The notes: a model not told the origin generated them from the sequence alone. 63,543 nt of DNA, filler included, from 8 parts of 8 records of this genome joined end to end with filler, not necessarily neighbours in it, one strand, 5' to 3'. Shown: positions 27,883 to 38,486, counted from the first letter of the whole stretch. Translations and numbers: made by a program.

Positions 27883-29259
27883 TTAAAGGCGAATTTCGAC
27901 AAATGTGGCGTCGCGCAATTGGCGCAACCATTCCTGATAGCTTTCCTCGGATTTGTTTGCGCGAATGGCTTGGCGTGCTGCCTGGCGCTGGCGTTCTTCA
28001 GAAGCAGCCTGCTGGCGGCGCTCAACCACCTGGATAATGTGAAAACCAAATCGGCTTTGAAACACCGGGCTTACACTGCCTGTCGCAAGCTGGTTCATTT
28101 CACGCTCGAATTCAGGCACGGTGTCGCCGGGGTACAGCCAACCCAAATCGCCACCCTTGGCGGCAGAACCATCTTGGGAATAACGCTTGGCCAATGTATC
28201 AAAGTTGGCTGCGCCGCCGCGCAGTTGTTCCAGTGCGAAGTTCAGGCGACGCTTGGCCTCGGCCTCCGTGATGTCGGGGCCGGGGCGAATCAGAATGTGG
28301 CGGGCACGGGTTTGTGTTACGGGGGTGTTGTCCAGTGCGGCGCCACCTTCACGGCGGCCCAGCACTTTCAGCACGTGAAAGCCATTGGGGCTGCGCACAG
28401 TTTGAACTGCGTTTGCTTCGCTTTTGGACAAAAATTCATTGAACAGGCTTGGTACCGCGTCGTAACCCGACCAGCCCATTTGCCCTGTACCTTCAATGGC
28501 CAGTTCAGGGTTGGCTTGCAGAATGTCTTCAAGCGATTTGCCGTCTTTCAGTGCTTTCTCGATCGCCTCTGCCTTGCTGCGGGCTTGGCTCAACGTGTTG
28601 CCACTGGCATCGCTGGGTGCCTTGACCAACAATTGAACCCAGTTCACTTCAGGTTTGTTTGCAGTGGCGCCATTCTTCGTGCGTGCGGCCAGGTAATTCT
28701 GAATTTCGGCGTCCGAGACCTGAATGCGTGCTTCAACTTCGCGTTCACGCAGCCTGCCCAAGGTAATTTCGCTGCGAACTTCTTCGCGAAAGCGCGCGGG
28801 TGAAACACCTTCTTCCTGCAAACGGGCGAGAAAGTCTTCAAGGGGAAGGCCGTTTTGGTCCGCAACACGGACCATCGCAGCTTCAATTTGCGTGTCGTCA
28901 ATCCGGATACCAAGTTCTTCCGCTTTTTGAAGTTGGGCGCGGTCCATGACCATGCGGTCCAGCACTTGTTTGCGAAGTTCAGTTCGGTCGGGCAAGGGCG
29001 CACCGCGTCGGCTCATTTGCCGTTCAATCAGGGCGACCTGGCGGTTCAACTCGCTTCGCGTGATGATGTCGGTGTTCACAACGGCCACAATGCCGTCAAT
29101 GGTGGACGTGCCCGATGCGCCGCTTCCACCCAGTTCAGAACTGAGCTTGCCCACAGGCTGATTGGTCGAGGGTGCTTTCATGCCTTGTGCCTGGGCAGTG
29201 CCCAGAACTGAAAAGGCCGTGACTGCAAATAACCAGTGTTGAATGTGCTTCATTGTCAT
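27883..29259 (-). CDS. surA: periplasmic chaperone/PPIase SurA
   Basis: DGIVAVVN, ARHILI, GGDLGW; located between lptD and pdxA. Confidence 0.93.
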   Translation of the reverse strand: MTMKHIQHWLFAVTAFSVLGTAQAQGMKAPSTNQPVGKLSSELGGSGASGTSTIDGIVAVVNTDIITRSELNRQVALIERQMSRRGAPLPDRTELRKQVLDRMVMDRAQLQKAEELGIRIDDTQIEAAMVRVADQNGLPLEDFLARLQEEGVSPARFREEVRSEITLGRLREREVEARIQVSDAEIQNYLAARTKNGATANKPEVNWVQLLVKAPSDASGNTLSQARSKAEAIEKALKDGKSLEDILQANPELAIEGTGQMGWSGYDAVPSLFNEFLSKSEANAVQTVRSPNGFHVLKVLGRREGGAALDNTPVTQTRARHILIRPGPDITEAEAKRRLNFALEQLRGGAANFDTLAKRYSQDGSAAKGGDLGWLYPGDTVPEFEREMNQLATGSVSPVFQSRFGFHIIQVVERRQQAASEERQRQAARQAIRANKSEESYQEWLRQLRDATFVEIRL

Positions 29260-29262
29260 AAC

Positions 29263-29589
29263 TTATCGGGTGGCTTGAGAGGAGGAGAAAGGCGTGTACC
29301 CGGGCACCTTTCTCGACAGCAGGTCTGCCGGGTTGGAACCCAGTCGACCCAATCCAGTGAGTTCAAGTTGAACAAACAGCGAACTTGTTTCCAGTTGCGG
29401 CGCAGTGGCAAAGCGTTGGGCGATAACCCGTACCGCCCAGCAACCCTCGCTGTATTCCAGGCCGGCCACGCCTTCAATCAGGCGGTTATCCAGCATGGAA
29501 TAGTTTAGACGACCCACGCCGCTCCAGCGATCCGAAATAGGCCATTGACCGGAAATGTCGAACTGGTCAATTTGCGCGCGGGTGTAGCG
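29263..29589 (-). CDS. lptD: LPS assembly protein LptD, C-terminal fragment
   Basis: GLEY..GCW, QLELTGLG, VPGY C-terminal motifs; upstream of surA. Confidence 0.9.
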   Translation of the reverse strand, partial: RYTRAQIDQFDISGQWPISDRWSGVGRLNYSMLDNRLIEGVAGLEYSEGCWAVRVIAQRFATAPQLETSSLFVQLELTGLGRLGSNPADLLSRKVPGYTPFSSSQATR

Positions 29590-29689
29590 NNNNNNNNNNN
29601 NNNNNNNNNNNNNNNNNNNNNNNNNNNNNNNNNTTAATTAATTAANNNNNNNNNNNNNNNNNNNNNNNNNNNNNNNNNNNNNNNNNNNN
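29590..29689. other. artificial contig spacer
   Basis: N44-TTAATTAATTAA-N44. Confidence 0.98.
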
Positions 29690-29749
29690 GACCAGTCTGT
29701 ATATATCTTTCATCAACTGATCAATTCCATCCCGTTTAGGAGAGTTCTT

Positions 29750-30298
29750 ATGACCCGTATTTCACTACCAACGACGATTTCCGCTGCTCCTGTTGCTGCT
29801 CAGCCGCATCTGGAAGGTGTGAACAAACTGCTTGGATCCGTTCCGAATCTGTTTCGTCTGACCGCAAACAGCCCGGCTGCTTTGGAAGGGTATCTTGGTT
29901 TGAATGGTGCCCTTGCAAAAGGTGCGCTTGATGCCCAGACCCGCGAACGTATTGCACTTGCCGTTGCCCAGATTAATGGCTGTAACTATTGCCTTTCGGC
30001 ACATACCTATCTTGGTAAAAACCTTGCCAAGCTTGATGATGCCGAAATCGCGGCCAACCGGAATGGTGGTTCGACGGATGCGAAAGCCGATGTTGCAGTT
30101 GGTTTTGCTGTGGCGCTTGTCCAGAAACGCGGACAGGTCAGCGATGCCGACGTTCAAGCGGTCAAAGAGGCCGGTTACAGCGAAGCCGAACTGGTCGAGA
30201 TCGTTGCCCATGTGGCTTTGAATACCTTGACCAACTATCTCAACGAAGCCTTTGGCACGCCCATTGATTTCCCGGTTGTTAGTGCCGCTGCGGCCTAA
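29750..30298 (+). CDS. AhpD/carboxymuconolactone decarboxylase family peroxidase-related protein
   Basis: RERIALAVA..NGCNYCLSAH CxxC motif. Confidence 0.9.
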   Translation: MTRISLPTTISAAPVAAQPHLEGVNKLLGSVPNLFRLTANSPAALEGYLGLNGALAKGALDAQTRERIALAVAQINGCNYCLSAHTYLGKNLAKLDDAEIAANRNGGSTDAKADVAVGFAVALVQKRGQVSDADVQAVKEAGYSEAELVEIVAHVALNTLTNYLNEAFGTPIDFPVVSAAAA

Positions 30299-30309
30299 CA
30301 TTCAGGAAA

Positions 30310-30373
30310 GCCCCGGTCGACGGTTCCCCCCAACCGCTTCATTGCCCTTCAGTCGACCGGGGCCCCCTTTTTT
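30310..30373 (+). terminator. intergenic stem-loop with U tract (terminator/attenuator)
   Basis: GCCCCGGTCGAC...GTCGACCGGGGC 12-bp stem, then TTTTTT. Confidence 0.6.
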
Positions 30374-30401
30374 CGCTTTCAGTAATTAAGGAACCTGAAC
30401 C

Positions 30402-30866
30402 ATGTCACGACCACCATTGCCTCCCTTTGATTTAGAAACGGCCAAGCAAAAGGTTCGCATGGCTGAGGATGGCTGGAACAACCGCCAGCCGGAACAGGTT
30501 TCGCTGGCCTATACGGTTGACAGTCATTGGCGCAACCGTGCCGAGATTTTCGAAGGGCGCGACAAGATCGTCTCTTTCCTGACCCGTAAGTGGCAGAAAG
30601 AGTTGAATTATCGTCTGATCAAGGAACTCTGGGCATTTCAGGAGAACCGCATCGCAGTTCGCTTTGCCTATGAATATTCAGATGATAGCGGCAACTGGTT
30701 CCGGGCCTATGGCAACGAGAATTGGGAGTTTGATGAACACGGTCTTATGCGGCGCCGCGTGGCCTCAATTAATGACAAGCCGATATCGAGCGAAGAACGC
30801 CTGTTTCATTGGCCGCTTGGACGTCGTCCGGATGATCACCCGGGATTATCCGAGTTGGGACTTTAA
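30402..30866 (+). CDS. DUF1348 / NTF2-like (SnoaL-like) protein
   Basis: [33 protein letters not shown]. Confidence 0.9.
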   Translation: MSRPPLPPFDLETAKQKVRMAEDGWNNRQPEQVSLAYTVDSHWRNRAEIFEGRDKIVSFLTRKWQKELNYRLIKELWAFQENRIAVRFAYEYSDDSGNWFRAYGNENWEFDEHGLMRRRVASINDKPISSEERLFHWPLGRRPDDHPGLSELGL

Positions 30867-31074
30867 TGCGCTGTAGCGACCCTTCTGCCTAGCCCCCAAG
30901 TCCCCAAACTTGAGGCGGAACGGAAGCCAGTAACCCTGATCAAGATTGGCGTTGAATCATGCTCCCCACATGGGACGCTTATCTATATCCGCAAAGGATT
31001 ACGAACATGATTGTCAAATATACGCTGTTTTCAATTACGTCCACCGCTTTGCTTTTTGTGTCCACACTTATGAT

Positions 31075-31147
31075 TTTTGTTCCCTGATATCTCTCAGGAA
31101 TGCCTCCCTGAAAAACTTGAACGGGGCCATGACGGCCCCGTTTTTTT
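31075..31147 (+). ncRNA. candidate suhB/MmgR-like alphaproteobacterial sRNA
   Basis: Small hairpin (CCTGA/TCAGG), anti-SD core CCTCCCT, AAACTTG, then terminator ACGGGGCC...GGCCCCGT7. Confidence 0.5.
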
Positions 31148-31259
31148 GTTTCCGGCTGATGAATAGACCACCGGGAAATAGCCTGATGTTCGAAAACCTT
31201 GCCATCCTAATTAATCGCGTCTGCGACAAGTATTGATGCCAGAAGGAATTCTGGTCTGA

Positions 31260-32123
31260 TTATTTAAGTGCGCCGGACATGAATTCCTGCACGCTTTGCG
31301 GGGCGCGGCCCGTGATCGTTTCGAAATCATTGCTTACAGTTGCGTAATCCCCCTTTTTCGCGCCGACATAAAGTCCGGCAAGGGCTTCGACGAGATGGCC
31401 CGGCAGGCCAAAGCTGCCTAGAATACCGACATGAACCTCGGCCGGAAGATCAACGAACTTGACCGGTTTGCCTGTGGTGTCTGCGATATAGCGGGCAATT
31501 TCGCTGTGGGTGACGGCTTTGCCACCGGTCAGATTATAGGTGGCGTTCACGTGTGCTTGCGGGTTGGCGAGAACCATTGCGGCGGCTTCGGCCAGATCAT
31601 TGCGGGTGATATAGGTGATTTTTGCATCCCCCGCCGGGGCACCAAAATCGCCGGTTTCAAGCGCGTGCGGCACACCCGCCAACAACAGATCCGCATAGAA
31701 GCTGTTGCGCAGCAGGGTGTATTTCAGGCCGCTTTCCTTGATGTAGTTTTCCGTATCAAGATGAATGGCGGAATAGGTGAAATCAGCATCCGCGCGCGGG
31801 TCAATGATGCTTGTATAGACCAGATGTTTGACCCCGGCGGCTTTGGCGGCATCAACGGCCGTTCGGTGCTGGGCAATGCGGGTGGCATTGTCGGCTTCTG
31901 CTGAAATGATCAGCGCGGTTTCGACATCCTTAAAGGCAGCGGTCATCAGGCCAAGATCATCAAAATCACCATGGCGGACGTCAATCCCCTTGGCCGCAAG
32001 GTCGGTCGCCTTGCCCGGTGTACGAACACTGACCGCAATGTCGCTGGCAGGAAGGTGGTTCAGAAGGTGTTTGACGACAAGGGTGCCAAGCTGTCCGGTT
32101 GCGCCGGTAATCAAGGTTTTCAT
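31260..32123 (-). CDS. NmrA/QorB-like NAD(P)H-dependent oxidoreductase (atypical SDR)
   Basis: ITGATGQLG, AAKAAGVKHLVYTS, H..TE, LRNSFY. Confidence 0.88.
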   Translation of the reverse strand: MKTLITGATGQLGTLVVKHLLNHLPASDIAVSVRTPGKATDLAAKGIDVRHGDFDDLGLMTAAFKDVETALIISAEADNATRIAQHRTAVDAAKAAGVKHLVYTSIIDPRADADFTYSAIHLDTENYIKESGLKYTLLRNSFYADLLLAGVPHALETGDFGAPAGDAKITYITRNDLAEAAAMVLANPQAHVNATYNLTGGKAVTHSEIARYIADTTGKPVKFVDLPAEVHVGILGSFGLPGHLVEALAGLYVGAKKGDYATVSNDFETITGRAPQSVQEFMSGALK

Positions 32124-32226
32124 TATGAATTCTCCGATGTGGTGGTCAGGCGATTGCCTGTTCATGGGAGAAATTTGCGCGCAATAACGCATATGATCAA
32201 TTCGATGAATATGATAATATATATGC

Positions 32227-33138
32227 ATGAGTATCGATGAATTAGACCTTGATTATCGCTTGTTGCGATTGTTCCTGACCATCTATGACGAGGGATCGGT
32301 GACCGCTGCGGCCAATCGTCTTGCTGTCGGGCAGCCAACGGTCAGTCACGGGCTGGATCGGTTGCGCCAGATTATTGGCGATCCGCTGTTTGTGCGTTCC
32401 GGCCGATCAATATCGCCAACGGCGCATGCCGATGAAATCGCCCCGCAGGTCAGATTGTTGTTACAGAACATGCGCGATTTAACCCGTGTGGTGACGTTTG
32501 ATCCCAATAATCCTGATCATTCTGCGCGGTTTGTTCTGGGCACCAATGATTATGAAGTGGTTGTAATTTTAGCCACACTGATGAAGCGCATTAATGCGTG
32601 TGAGGCCGATATCAGGCTTAAGGTCATCCCGATTACGGGTGAGGATCAAATGATCAGCTGGTTGCGCGATGGCACCATTGATCATGCGATCAGTATCGGT
32701 TCATCGGGCAAGTATGGCGACATCACGCAACAAGGACTGTTTCAGGAAAAGACGCGGTGTTTTTATGATGCGTCCTGTCATGACGCACCGCCCGATACGT
32801 TGGAGCGGTATTGTGCCGCCAAGCATGCGCGTGTGATGCTCGGCGCGAATGAAAACTCGGCTGTTGATGATCTGTTGCGCGGTTTGGGACGGTCGCGCAA
32901 AACGGTGTTGCAGATTTCAACCTTTGCCAGCGTTGCCAACATGATCCGGGGAACCGACATCATCGCAACCCTGCCATCGCGCCTGTCTGACGGGATGATG
33001 GGGGGCTTCGCACGTTGTGAGTTGCCGCTTGAATTTCCCGATTACAGCTTTGCGCAATATTGGCACGTCCGCAACGCAGCCGATGCTGCGCATAAGTGGC
33101 TGCGTGGGGAGTTGTTTAAGATTGCACGAAGTTTATAG
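32227..33138 (+). CDS. LysR-family regulator, divergent from the oxidoreductase
   Basis: SVTAAANRLAVGQPTVSHGLDRLR HTH; DPLFVR; HKWLR C-terminus. Confidence 0.93.
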   Translation: MSIDELDLDYRLLRLFLTIYDEGSVTAAANRLAVGQPTVSHGLDRLRQIIGDPLFVRSGRSISPTAHADEIAPQVRLLLQNMRDLTRVVTFDPNNPDHSARFVLGTNDYEVVVILATLMKRINACEADIRLKVIPITGEDQMISWLRDGTIDHAISIGSSGKYGDITQQGLFQEKTRCFYDASCHDAPPDTLERYCAAKHARVMLGANENSAVDDLLRGLGRSRKTVLQISTFASVANMIRGTDIIATLPSRLSDGMMGGFARCELPLEFPDYSFAQYWHVRNAADAAHKWLRGELFKIARSL

Positions 33139-33161
33139 AGTTGGCGTTCACAAAGGGGGCA

Positions 33162-33743
33162 CTATTTGTTGGGGAATGTGTTGGTAAATGCGTCCACGTC
33201 CCCGTATAGCAGGCTCGCTTTTTCTTTAAGCTCCGCGTCGCTGAGTTCCCACCACCGGGTGGCTAAAAGCTTTTCAATTTGTTGGTCATCAAAGCGTTTC
33301 CGGATCACTTTGGCAGGGTTTCCGCCAACGATGGCATATGGGGGGATGTCTTTCGTGACCACTGCGCCCGCGGCCACAACAGCACCTGTTCCAATGTTTA
33401 CGCCGGAAAGGATGATGGCTCTTGCGCCAATCCATACATCGTGATCAAGGCGTATTGGCCCTTTGGTAATGGCATCCTTGTTGCCCTGATCCGCATTCCA
33501 AAGCAACGTTTTGAAAGGATAGGTGCTTGGAAAGGCGAGGGGATGATCTACCTTGCACAAGAATAAGACGTCAGGACCGATCGAGCAGTACGAGCCGATT
33601 GTCAAGGTCGCATCTGGTGAGGCTCCGGCGACCATATTTTTACTGAGACCATAGGAATGCTTGCCGACGAACACGTTTGCCGGAAGTTTGAATTTTTTGT
33701 CTGGCAGGCCCAGAAGTTTACGCAAGCGATGTTTAAGCTTCAT
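33162..33743 (-). CDS. CatB-related hexapeptide O-acetyltransferase
   Basis: [39 protein letters not shown]. Confidence 0.88.
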   Translation of the reverse strand: MKLKHRLRKLLGLPDKKFKLPANVFVGKHSYGLSKNMVAGASPDATLTIGSYCSIGPDVLFLCKVDHPLAFPSTYPFKTLLWNADQGNKDAITKGPIRLDHDVWIGARAIILSGVNIGTGAVVAAGAVVTKDIPPYAIVGGNPAKVIRKRFDDQQIEKLLATRWWELSDAELKEKASLLYGDVDAFTNTFPNK

Positions 33744-34632
33744 GGTCTTTCCACCATTCGATGCAGTTTTTCAGCGCGGATGTAAGGTCAAACTTCGGCT
33801 GGAAGCCAATGGTATTTTCAAGGATGTCAGTATTGGCAACCAAGTAAGGCGGGTCATCTTGCCTGTCTGGTAGGCTGCCGGCAAGAACAGTGCCGCGACC
33901 GATGAGGTCATGAAGACTGTTTGCAACCGACAGCAGGCTATGGCCTTCGCCACTGGCAATATTTACGATGCCGTTAAATTGGCTGTCTAGCACCTGCGCG
34001 AACGCTGCCCCAGCGTCGGCGACATGCATAAAGTCCCTTACCTGTGTGCCCGAACTCATTCGGGCGGCTTCGTTCGCCAGCAGGGCCTTGGTGACAGAAG
34101 GAACGAAGCGTGCCGGATTTTCGTTTGGTCCGCATAACAGGAAAAGACGCCCCCAAGCGATCGATGCGCCTTGTGCATTCAGATCAAGACAATGGCGCGC
34201 AAGGGTGAGTTTTTCTTGTCCGTAAAGTGTTGCTGGTGCGCAAAAGGCATCTTCACCGAGTTTTGCGCCGTCGTGAGAATTGAGCCAGTCATATTCAGCA
34301 CAGCTTCCCGCGAGTGTCGCGCGCGTGCCGCCAGCATCAAGGAAACGACTTAGCAAATCAATCGACGTTTCACGCCAATCGGGGTTGTCTGGCGCATTCC
34401 AGAAATGGCCATGCTTGGTTTGCCAGGCAAGATGGACCAAACCGTTCGGGCGTTCATCACGTATCAATTGATCCCTAAATTTCGGATCTAAAAGATCGCC
34501 GGTAACATGGTCCGACGTTGGTGTGGCAGGGGCTGATCGCCCGCATGTAATGACATCATGTCCGGCAGCAATGAGTGACTTACAGGTATGGGGGCCGATG
34601 AGGCCATTTGCACCAGTGACCAAGACTTTCAT
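33733..34632 (-). CDS. NAD-dependent epimerase/dehydratase (probable NDP-4-keto-sugar reductase)
   Basis: [30 protein letters not shown]. Confidence 0.88.
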   Translation of the reverse strand: MKVLVTGANGLIGPHTCKSLIAAGHDVITCGRSAPATPTSDHVTGDLLDPKFRDQLIRDERPNGLVHLAWQTKHGHFWNAPDNPDWRETSIDLLSRFLDAGGTRATLAGSCAEYDWLNSHDGAKLGEDAFCAPATLYGQEKLTLARHCLDLNAQGASIAWGRLFLLCGPNENPARFVPSVTKALLANEAARMSSGTQVRDFMHVADAGAAFAQVLDSQFNGIVNIASGEGHSLLSVANSLHDLIGRGTVLAGSLPDRQDDPPYLVANTDILENTIGFQPKFDLTSALKNCIEWWKDHEA

Positions 34633-35165
34633 TTCAGGTGCTCATAGTCCGGGTAATTTGCGTCGCGATCGTTGATGACCTTCGGGGTGCTTGGCCATTC
34701 AATCGCAAAGGCAGGATCGTTCCAGCGAACGCCTGCTGCCAAGTCTGGAACAAAGGGTGCGCCCATCAAATACATGACTTCACTGTCAGGCTCTAGCGTT
34801 AGGAAGCCGTGTGCACATCCAGACGGGATGATGAATGACGTGCGGTTCTGAGCAGATAATTCCGCAGATACCCACTGACAATAGGTTGGGGAGCCTTCCC
34901 GAAGATCGATGACAACGTCAAATATCTTGCCGGAAATGCAGCGAACGATTTTGGGATCGCCTACCGGGTTGCGTTGAAAATGCATTCCGCGCAAGGTGCC
35001 CGATTGATGGTTAAAAGACAGATTGGCTTGTTCTATTTCGAAGGCGTGACCATTTTGTTTGAGTTCTTCGACGCAAAATGATCTTGCAAAGAAGCCACGG
35101 TCGTCTGTGAACTTCTCAAGTTCGATAAGCTCAACGCCTGCGATATCTGTCTTGGTAAAAATCAT
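34629..35165 (-). CDS. rfbC: NDP-4-keto-6-deoxyhexose 3,5-epimerase (RfbC/RmlC family)
   Basis: DDRGFFAR, GTLRGMHFQ, AHGFLTL. Confidence 0.88.
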   Translation of the reverse strand: MIFTKTDIAGVELIELEKFTDDRGFFARSFCVEELKQNGHAFEIEQANLSFNHQSGTLRGMHFQRNPVGDPKIVRCISGKIFDVVIDLREGSPTYCQWVSAELSAQNRTSFIIPSGCAHGFLTLEPDSEVMYLMGAPFVPDLAAGVRWNDPAFAIEWPSTPKVINDRDANYPDYEHLK

Positions 35166-36155
35166 CGCAGAACGGCCACTTCAGGAACAGCAACGAGGAA
35201 CTTCCCGCCCCAGTCCTGAACGTAAGCGACATCTTTCATGATTTCGCTTTGAAGGTTCCAGGGCAAGATCAGAACGTAATCAGGCTTGGCATCTTTGAGT
35301 TTGTCAGGCGCATGAACGGGGATGTGGCTGCCCGGTAAAAGGGTGTTTTGCTTGTGCGGGTTAGCATCAACAACAAAGTCAATCAGCCCGGTATCAATGC
35401 CGCAATAGTTTAAAAGCGTGTTGCCCTTTGCCGCAGCCCCATATCCGGCAACGGTTTTTCCTTCGGCCTTGGCCTTTTTAAGGAATGCCAGAAGGTCATC
35501 GCGGATTTTACGGGCCTTGGCGTCAAAGCCTTCGTATGCGGCAAGGGTCGCGATACCAGCAGTTTCTTCCTTGGCGCGGAGGGCTTTGAGGCGATCCGTT
35601 TCGGCGCGCGTGCCGTTGGTTTTCTGCGCCCAAATACGCAGGCTGCCGCCATGGGTGGGGAGTTCTTCGACGTCAAAGACTTTAAGGCCGTTCAATTCAA
35701 AACATTTTTCAACGGCATACAACGACAGATACGAAAAATGCTCGTGATAAATAGTATCGAACTGCGTCTTTTCCAGCAGGTTCAAAAGGTGCGGGAACTC
35801 AAAGGTTGCAACACCGTCATCCTTAAGAACTGCGGCAAATCCAGACACAAAATCGTTAATGTCGGGAACATGTGCCAGCACATTGTTCGCAGCGGTCAAA
35901 TCGGCTTGTCCGTACTGGGCAACGACTTTTTCTGACGTCTCCTTACCAAAGAATGCAACAAGGCTGCGCACGCCTTTCTTTTCGGCTTCTTCGGCGACGT
36001 TGGCGGCGGGCTCTACCCCAAGAACCGGAATTGATTTTTCGACAAAATGTTGGAGCAGGTAACCGTCATTTGAGGCAACCTCAACCACAAAAGACTGATC
36101 ATTCAAGTTCAGTTTATCGCAGGCTGTCACACAATATTTCTGTGCATGTTCGACC
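35162..36155 (-). CDS. NDP-hexose C-methyltransferase (5' truncated)
   Basis: EVASNDG, NNVLAHVPD, FDTIYHEHFSY, HGGSLR, GYGAAAKGNTLLN, LPWN. Confidence 0.88.
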
Positions 36156-36255
36156 NNNNNNNNNNNNNNNNNNNNNNNNNNNNNNNNNNNNNNNNNNNNT
36201 TAATTAATTAANNNNNNNNNNNNNNNNNNNNNNNNNNNNNNNNNNNNNNNNNNNN
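36156..36255. other. artificial contig spacer
   Basis: N44-TTAATTAATTAA-N44. Confidence 0.98.
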
Positions 36256-36639
36256 CAGGCTGCTGGCCATCCAGTGATCCGGGTCGTTTTCTTCGTTGGC
36301 AAAGCGGTGATGGCGCATGTGCAGCAAACGGAACAGTTTGCCCTTGCCGAAGGGCACGGCCACAAAGGTCGCCGCTGCCAACAGGAAATCGTTGGTTTTC
36401 GGTTTCTGCGCAGCCGCCCGGTGAATGGCTTCATGAGCAGGGGTGAACAGGGCATAGCCGGCCACACTGTTGGCGACGATGCCCAGCCAAAGGGGCCAGA
36501 GCTGGTTCATGGTCAAAAACCAGCTCAGGGCAATGGTGGTGACCGAGCACACCAGAATAAGCACAGTTGGCCATGCCAGGGGGGGAGATACTTTCAGTTG
36601 CGTAAGCGTGGGGCTGCTTGCGTTGTCGGGCTTGTTCAT
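36256..36639 (-). CDS. membrane fatty acid desaturase family protein (3' truncated)
   Basis: His boxes HEAIH and HMRHH, then DPD. Confidence 0.85.
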
Positions 36640-36867
36640 TGCGACAGTCTCTAGTGATGCCTTTTACGCAGTGTTACCGGAAATAGGGAAGCGGATAAGC
36701 ACGAAAGCTGACAAGTGGGGGATGATAAATGACAGCACATTCGTGGGCGCGTCGCTTGCGGGACCACAAACCGACTTTTCCAAAAGCGGCTTTACCATGG
36801 ACGCCGCCGGAGTGGCTGAGGAGAAAAAAGGGGGGGCTGTGTTACCAGGGATGCTCTGAGGTTAGCG

Positions 36868-37863
36868 CTATTCCCGCCGGAAGCGGCCGGGGGTGGTGTT
36901 GAACCAGCGCTGGAAAGCGCGGCGGAAGCTGGCCACGTCGGTGTAACCCAGATCTTCGGCCACGGCGGCTGCCGTGTAGTGAGGCAGGCCGAGTAGCTGG
37001 GCGGCGCGGCGGCTGAGGGTCTGGTCTCGCAGCTGCTGGAAGCGGATGTTTTCCCGTTTGAGTTTGCGAATCAGGGTACGTGGGCTCATGTGTAGTTGGT
37101 CGGCCACGTGTTCGAGGTTCGCTTTGCCGTGGCTCTGGTGTAGCAGGGCCAGTACCTGATCGCTGATGGTGCCGCTGTTGCGTAGTGCCTCTTGCCGGGC
37201 CTCGCATTGTTCTATGGCTATCCAGAGTAGGTCACGGTCATGGCTGGGCAGGGCTTCGTCACCGTAGTGGGCTGGCAACTTGAGGGCGGCAAAGGGGGCG
37301 TTAAATACCAGGCGGGTATTTGGAAATGTTTTTGTATATAGGTCTGCGTAACTGGGTGCGGGGTAATTGAAGTGTACTTCGCCATCGTCAATGGCTTTAC
37401 CACGCAACACCACATGGCAGGCAAACGCAGATGCAATGACGGATTCGGTCAGGAACTGCACGATGTCATCCAGCGGGTAGGCAAACTCCTGGCGCAAGGT
37501 AATGGTGTCCGGGGTTTCTTCAAAGGTGTTGGTGAAGACCTGCGTACGCGTGTTGATGAAGCGCGCAAAAAGTTTTGAGGCTTCACGCAGGGTGGGGCTG
37601 GCCATGGCGGCCATGCCCATGGGCCCGTGCATGGCGGGGAGGGCGCGCAGGCCGGTTTGCAGGGCGATATCCGGGCGGTCACTGAGTTGGCGGGCATTGG
37701 TGATTAACTGTCGGGCGCCGGACCAGTCGATGAAGCCATCGCTGTGTTGCAGAGTGTCCACGTCGATCCCGGTATCGGCCACCAGCTTTTCCAGCCCGGC
37801 CTGATCGAGCCCCAGGGTCTGGGCAATCATGCGGCAGTAAGTCATGGCCAGATCGGGTTGCAT
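36868..37863 (-). CDS. AraC-family regulator (OruR-like N-terminal domain)
   Basis: HGPMGMAAMASPTL; C-terminal SPRTLIRKL...LGY...SFRRAFQRW. Confidence 0.9.
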   Translation of the reverse strand: MQPDLAMTYCRMIAQTLGLDQAGLEKLVADTGIDVDTLQHSDGFIDWSGARQLITNARQLSDRPDIALQTGLRALPAMHGPMGMAAMASPTLREASKLFARFINTRTQVFTNTFEETPDTITLRQEFAYPLDDIVQFLTESVIASAFACHVVLRGKAIDDGEVHFNYPAPSYADLYTKTFPNTRLVFNAPFAALKLPAHYGDEALPSHDRDLLWIAIEQCEARQEALRNSGTISDQVLALLHQSHGKANLEHVADQLHMSPRTLIRKLKRENIRFQQLRDQTLSRRAAQLLGLPHYTAAAVAEDLGYTDVASFRRAFQRWFNTTPGRFRRE

Positions 37864-38477
37864 TACGGCGCGTCCTGGTGGTCTGGCGGGGTGGCCAGAT
37901 AATTGGCGACCATGCGGGTCAGTTCGTCTGCCAGGTCGTCTTCCCGGATCAGTCCGTTGTTCTGGCTGATATGACGGACCATGGTGAACAGTACACTGTT
38001 GGTGACGATAAACACGCGCACCTCCAGGTTGCGAATGGGATAGTCCCGATAGTGGCGCAGGAAATACAGCCTGGCCAGATCCATGAAATGTTGCTGCAGC
38101 ATATCCACTACCCGCTCGGTGGGTAGGCGGTGCCAGTTGCGCACCAGTTCCAGGTAGAGCCCGTCGCGGGAGTTGAGCACCGCAAAGCCAAAGCGAATGG
38201 CGCTGTTGACCATGGCGTTCAGGTCCACGTTATCCAGCAAGGGAAGGCGTTTCAGCCCCGCGCCGATTTCATCCGCCAGGCTTTCCATGAGCGCCTCAAT
38301 GAGGCCGTCTTTGTCACCAAAATATTGATACAACGACCCCACACTGACGCCTGCCACCTCGGCGATGCGGGCCGTGGTGGTGTTGTCCAGGCCCTGTTGC
38401 TGGATAACGTTTGCCGTCGCGTCGATCAGAGCCTTCACCAGTTCCCGGGAACGCTGCTGCTGGGGATGTTTACGCAT
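37863..38477 (-). CDS. TetR-family regulator
   Basis: PQQQRS, TTARIAEVAGVSVGSLYQYF. Confidence 0.93.
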   Translation of the reverse strand: MRKHPQQQRSRELVKALIDATANVIQQQGLDNTTTARIAEVAGVSVGSLYQYFGDKDGLIEALMESLADEIGAGLKRLPLLDNVDLNAMVNSAIRFGFAVLNSRDGLYLELVRNWHRLPTERVVDMLQQHFMDLARLYFLRHYRDYPIRNLEVRVFIVTNSVLFTMVRHISQNNGLIREDDLADELTRMVANYLATPPDHQDAP

Positions 38478-38486
38478 AGAGCCTCA

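Noticed and set aside
27763..28803. 346-aa plus-strand ORF
   Set aside because: Antisense shadow of surA
30946..31236. 96-aa ORF
   Set aside because: Atypical composition, runs through a terminator, no clear RBS
33162..33743. Chloramphenicol/streptogramin resistance gene
   Set aside because: Overlaps and belongs to a sugar-biosynthesis operon, so glycan O-acetylation is more parsimonious
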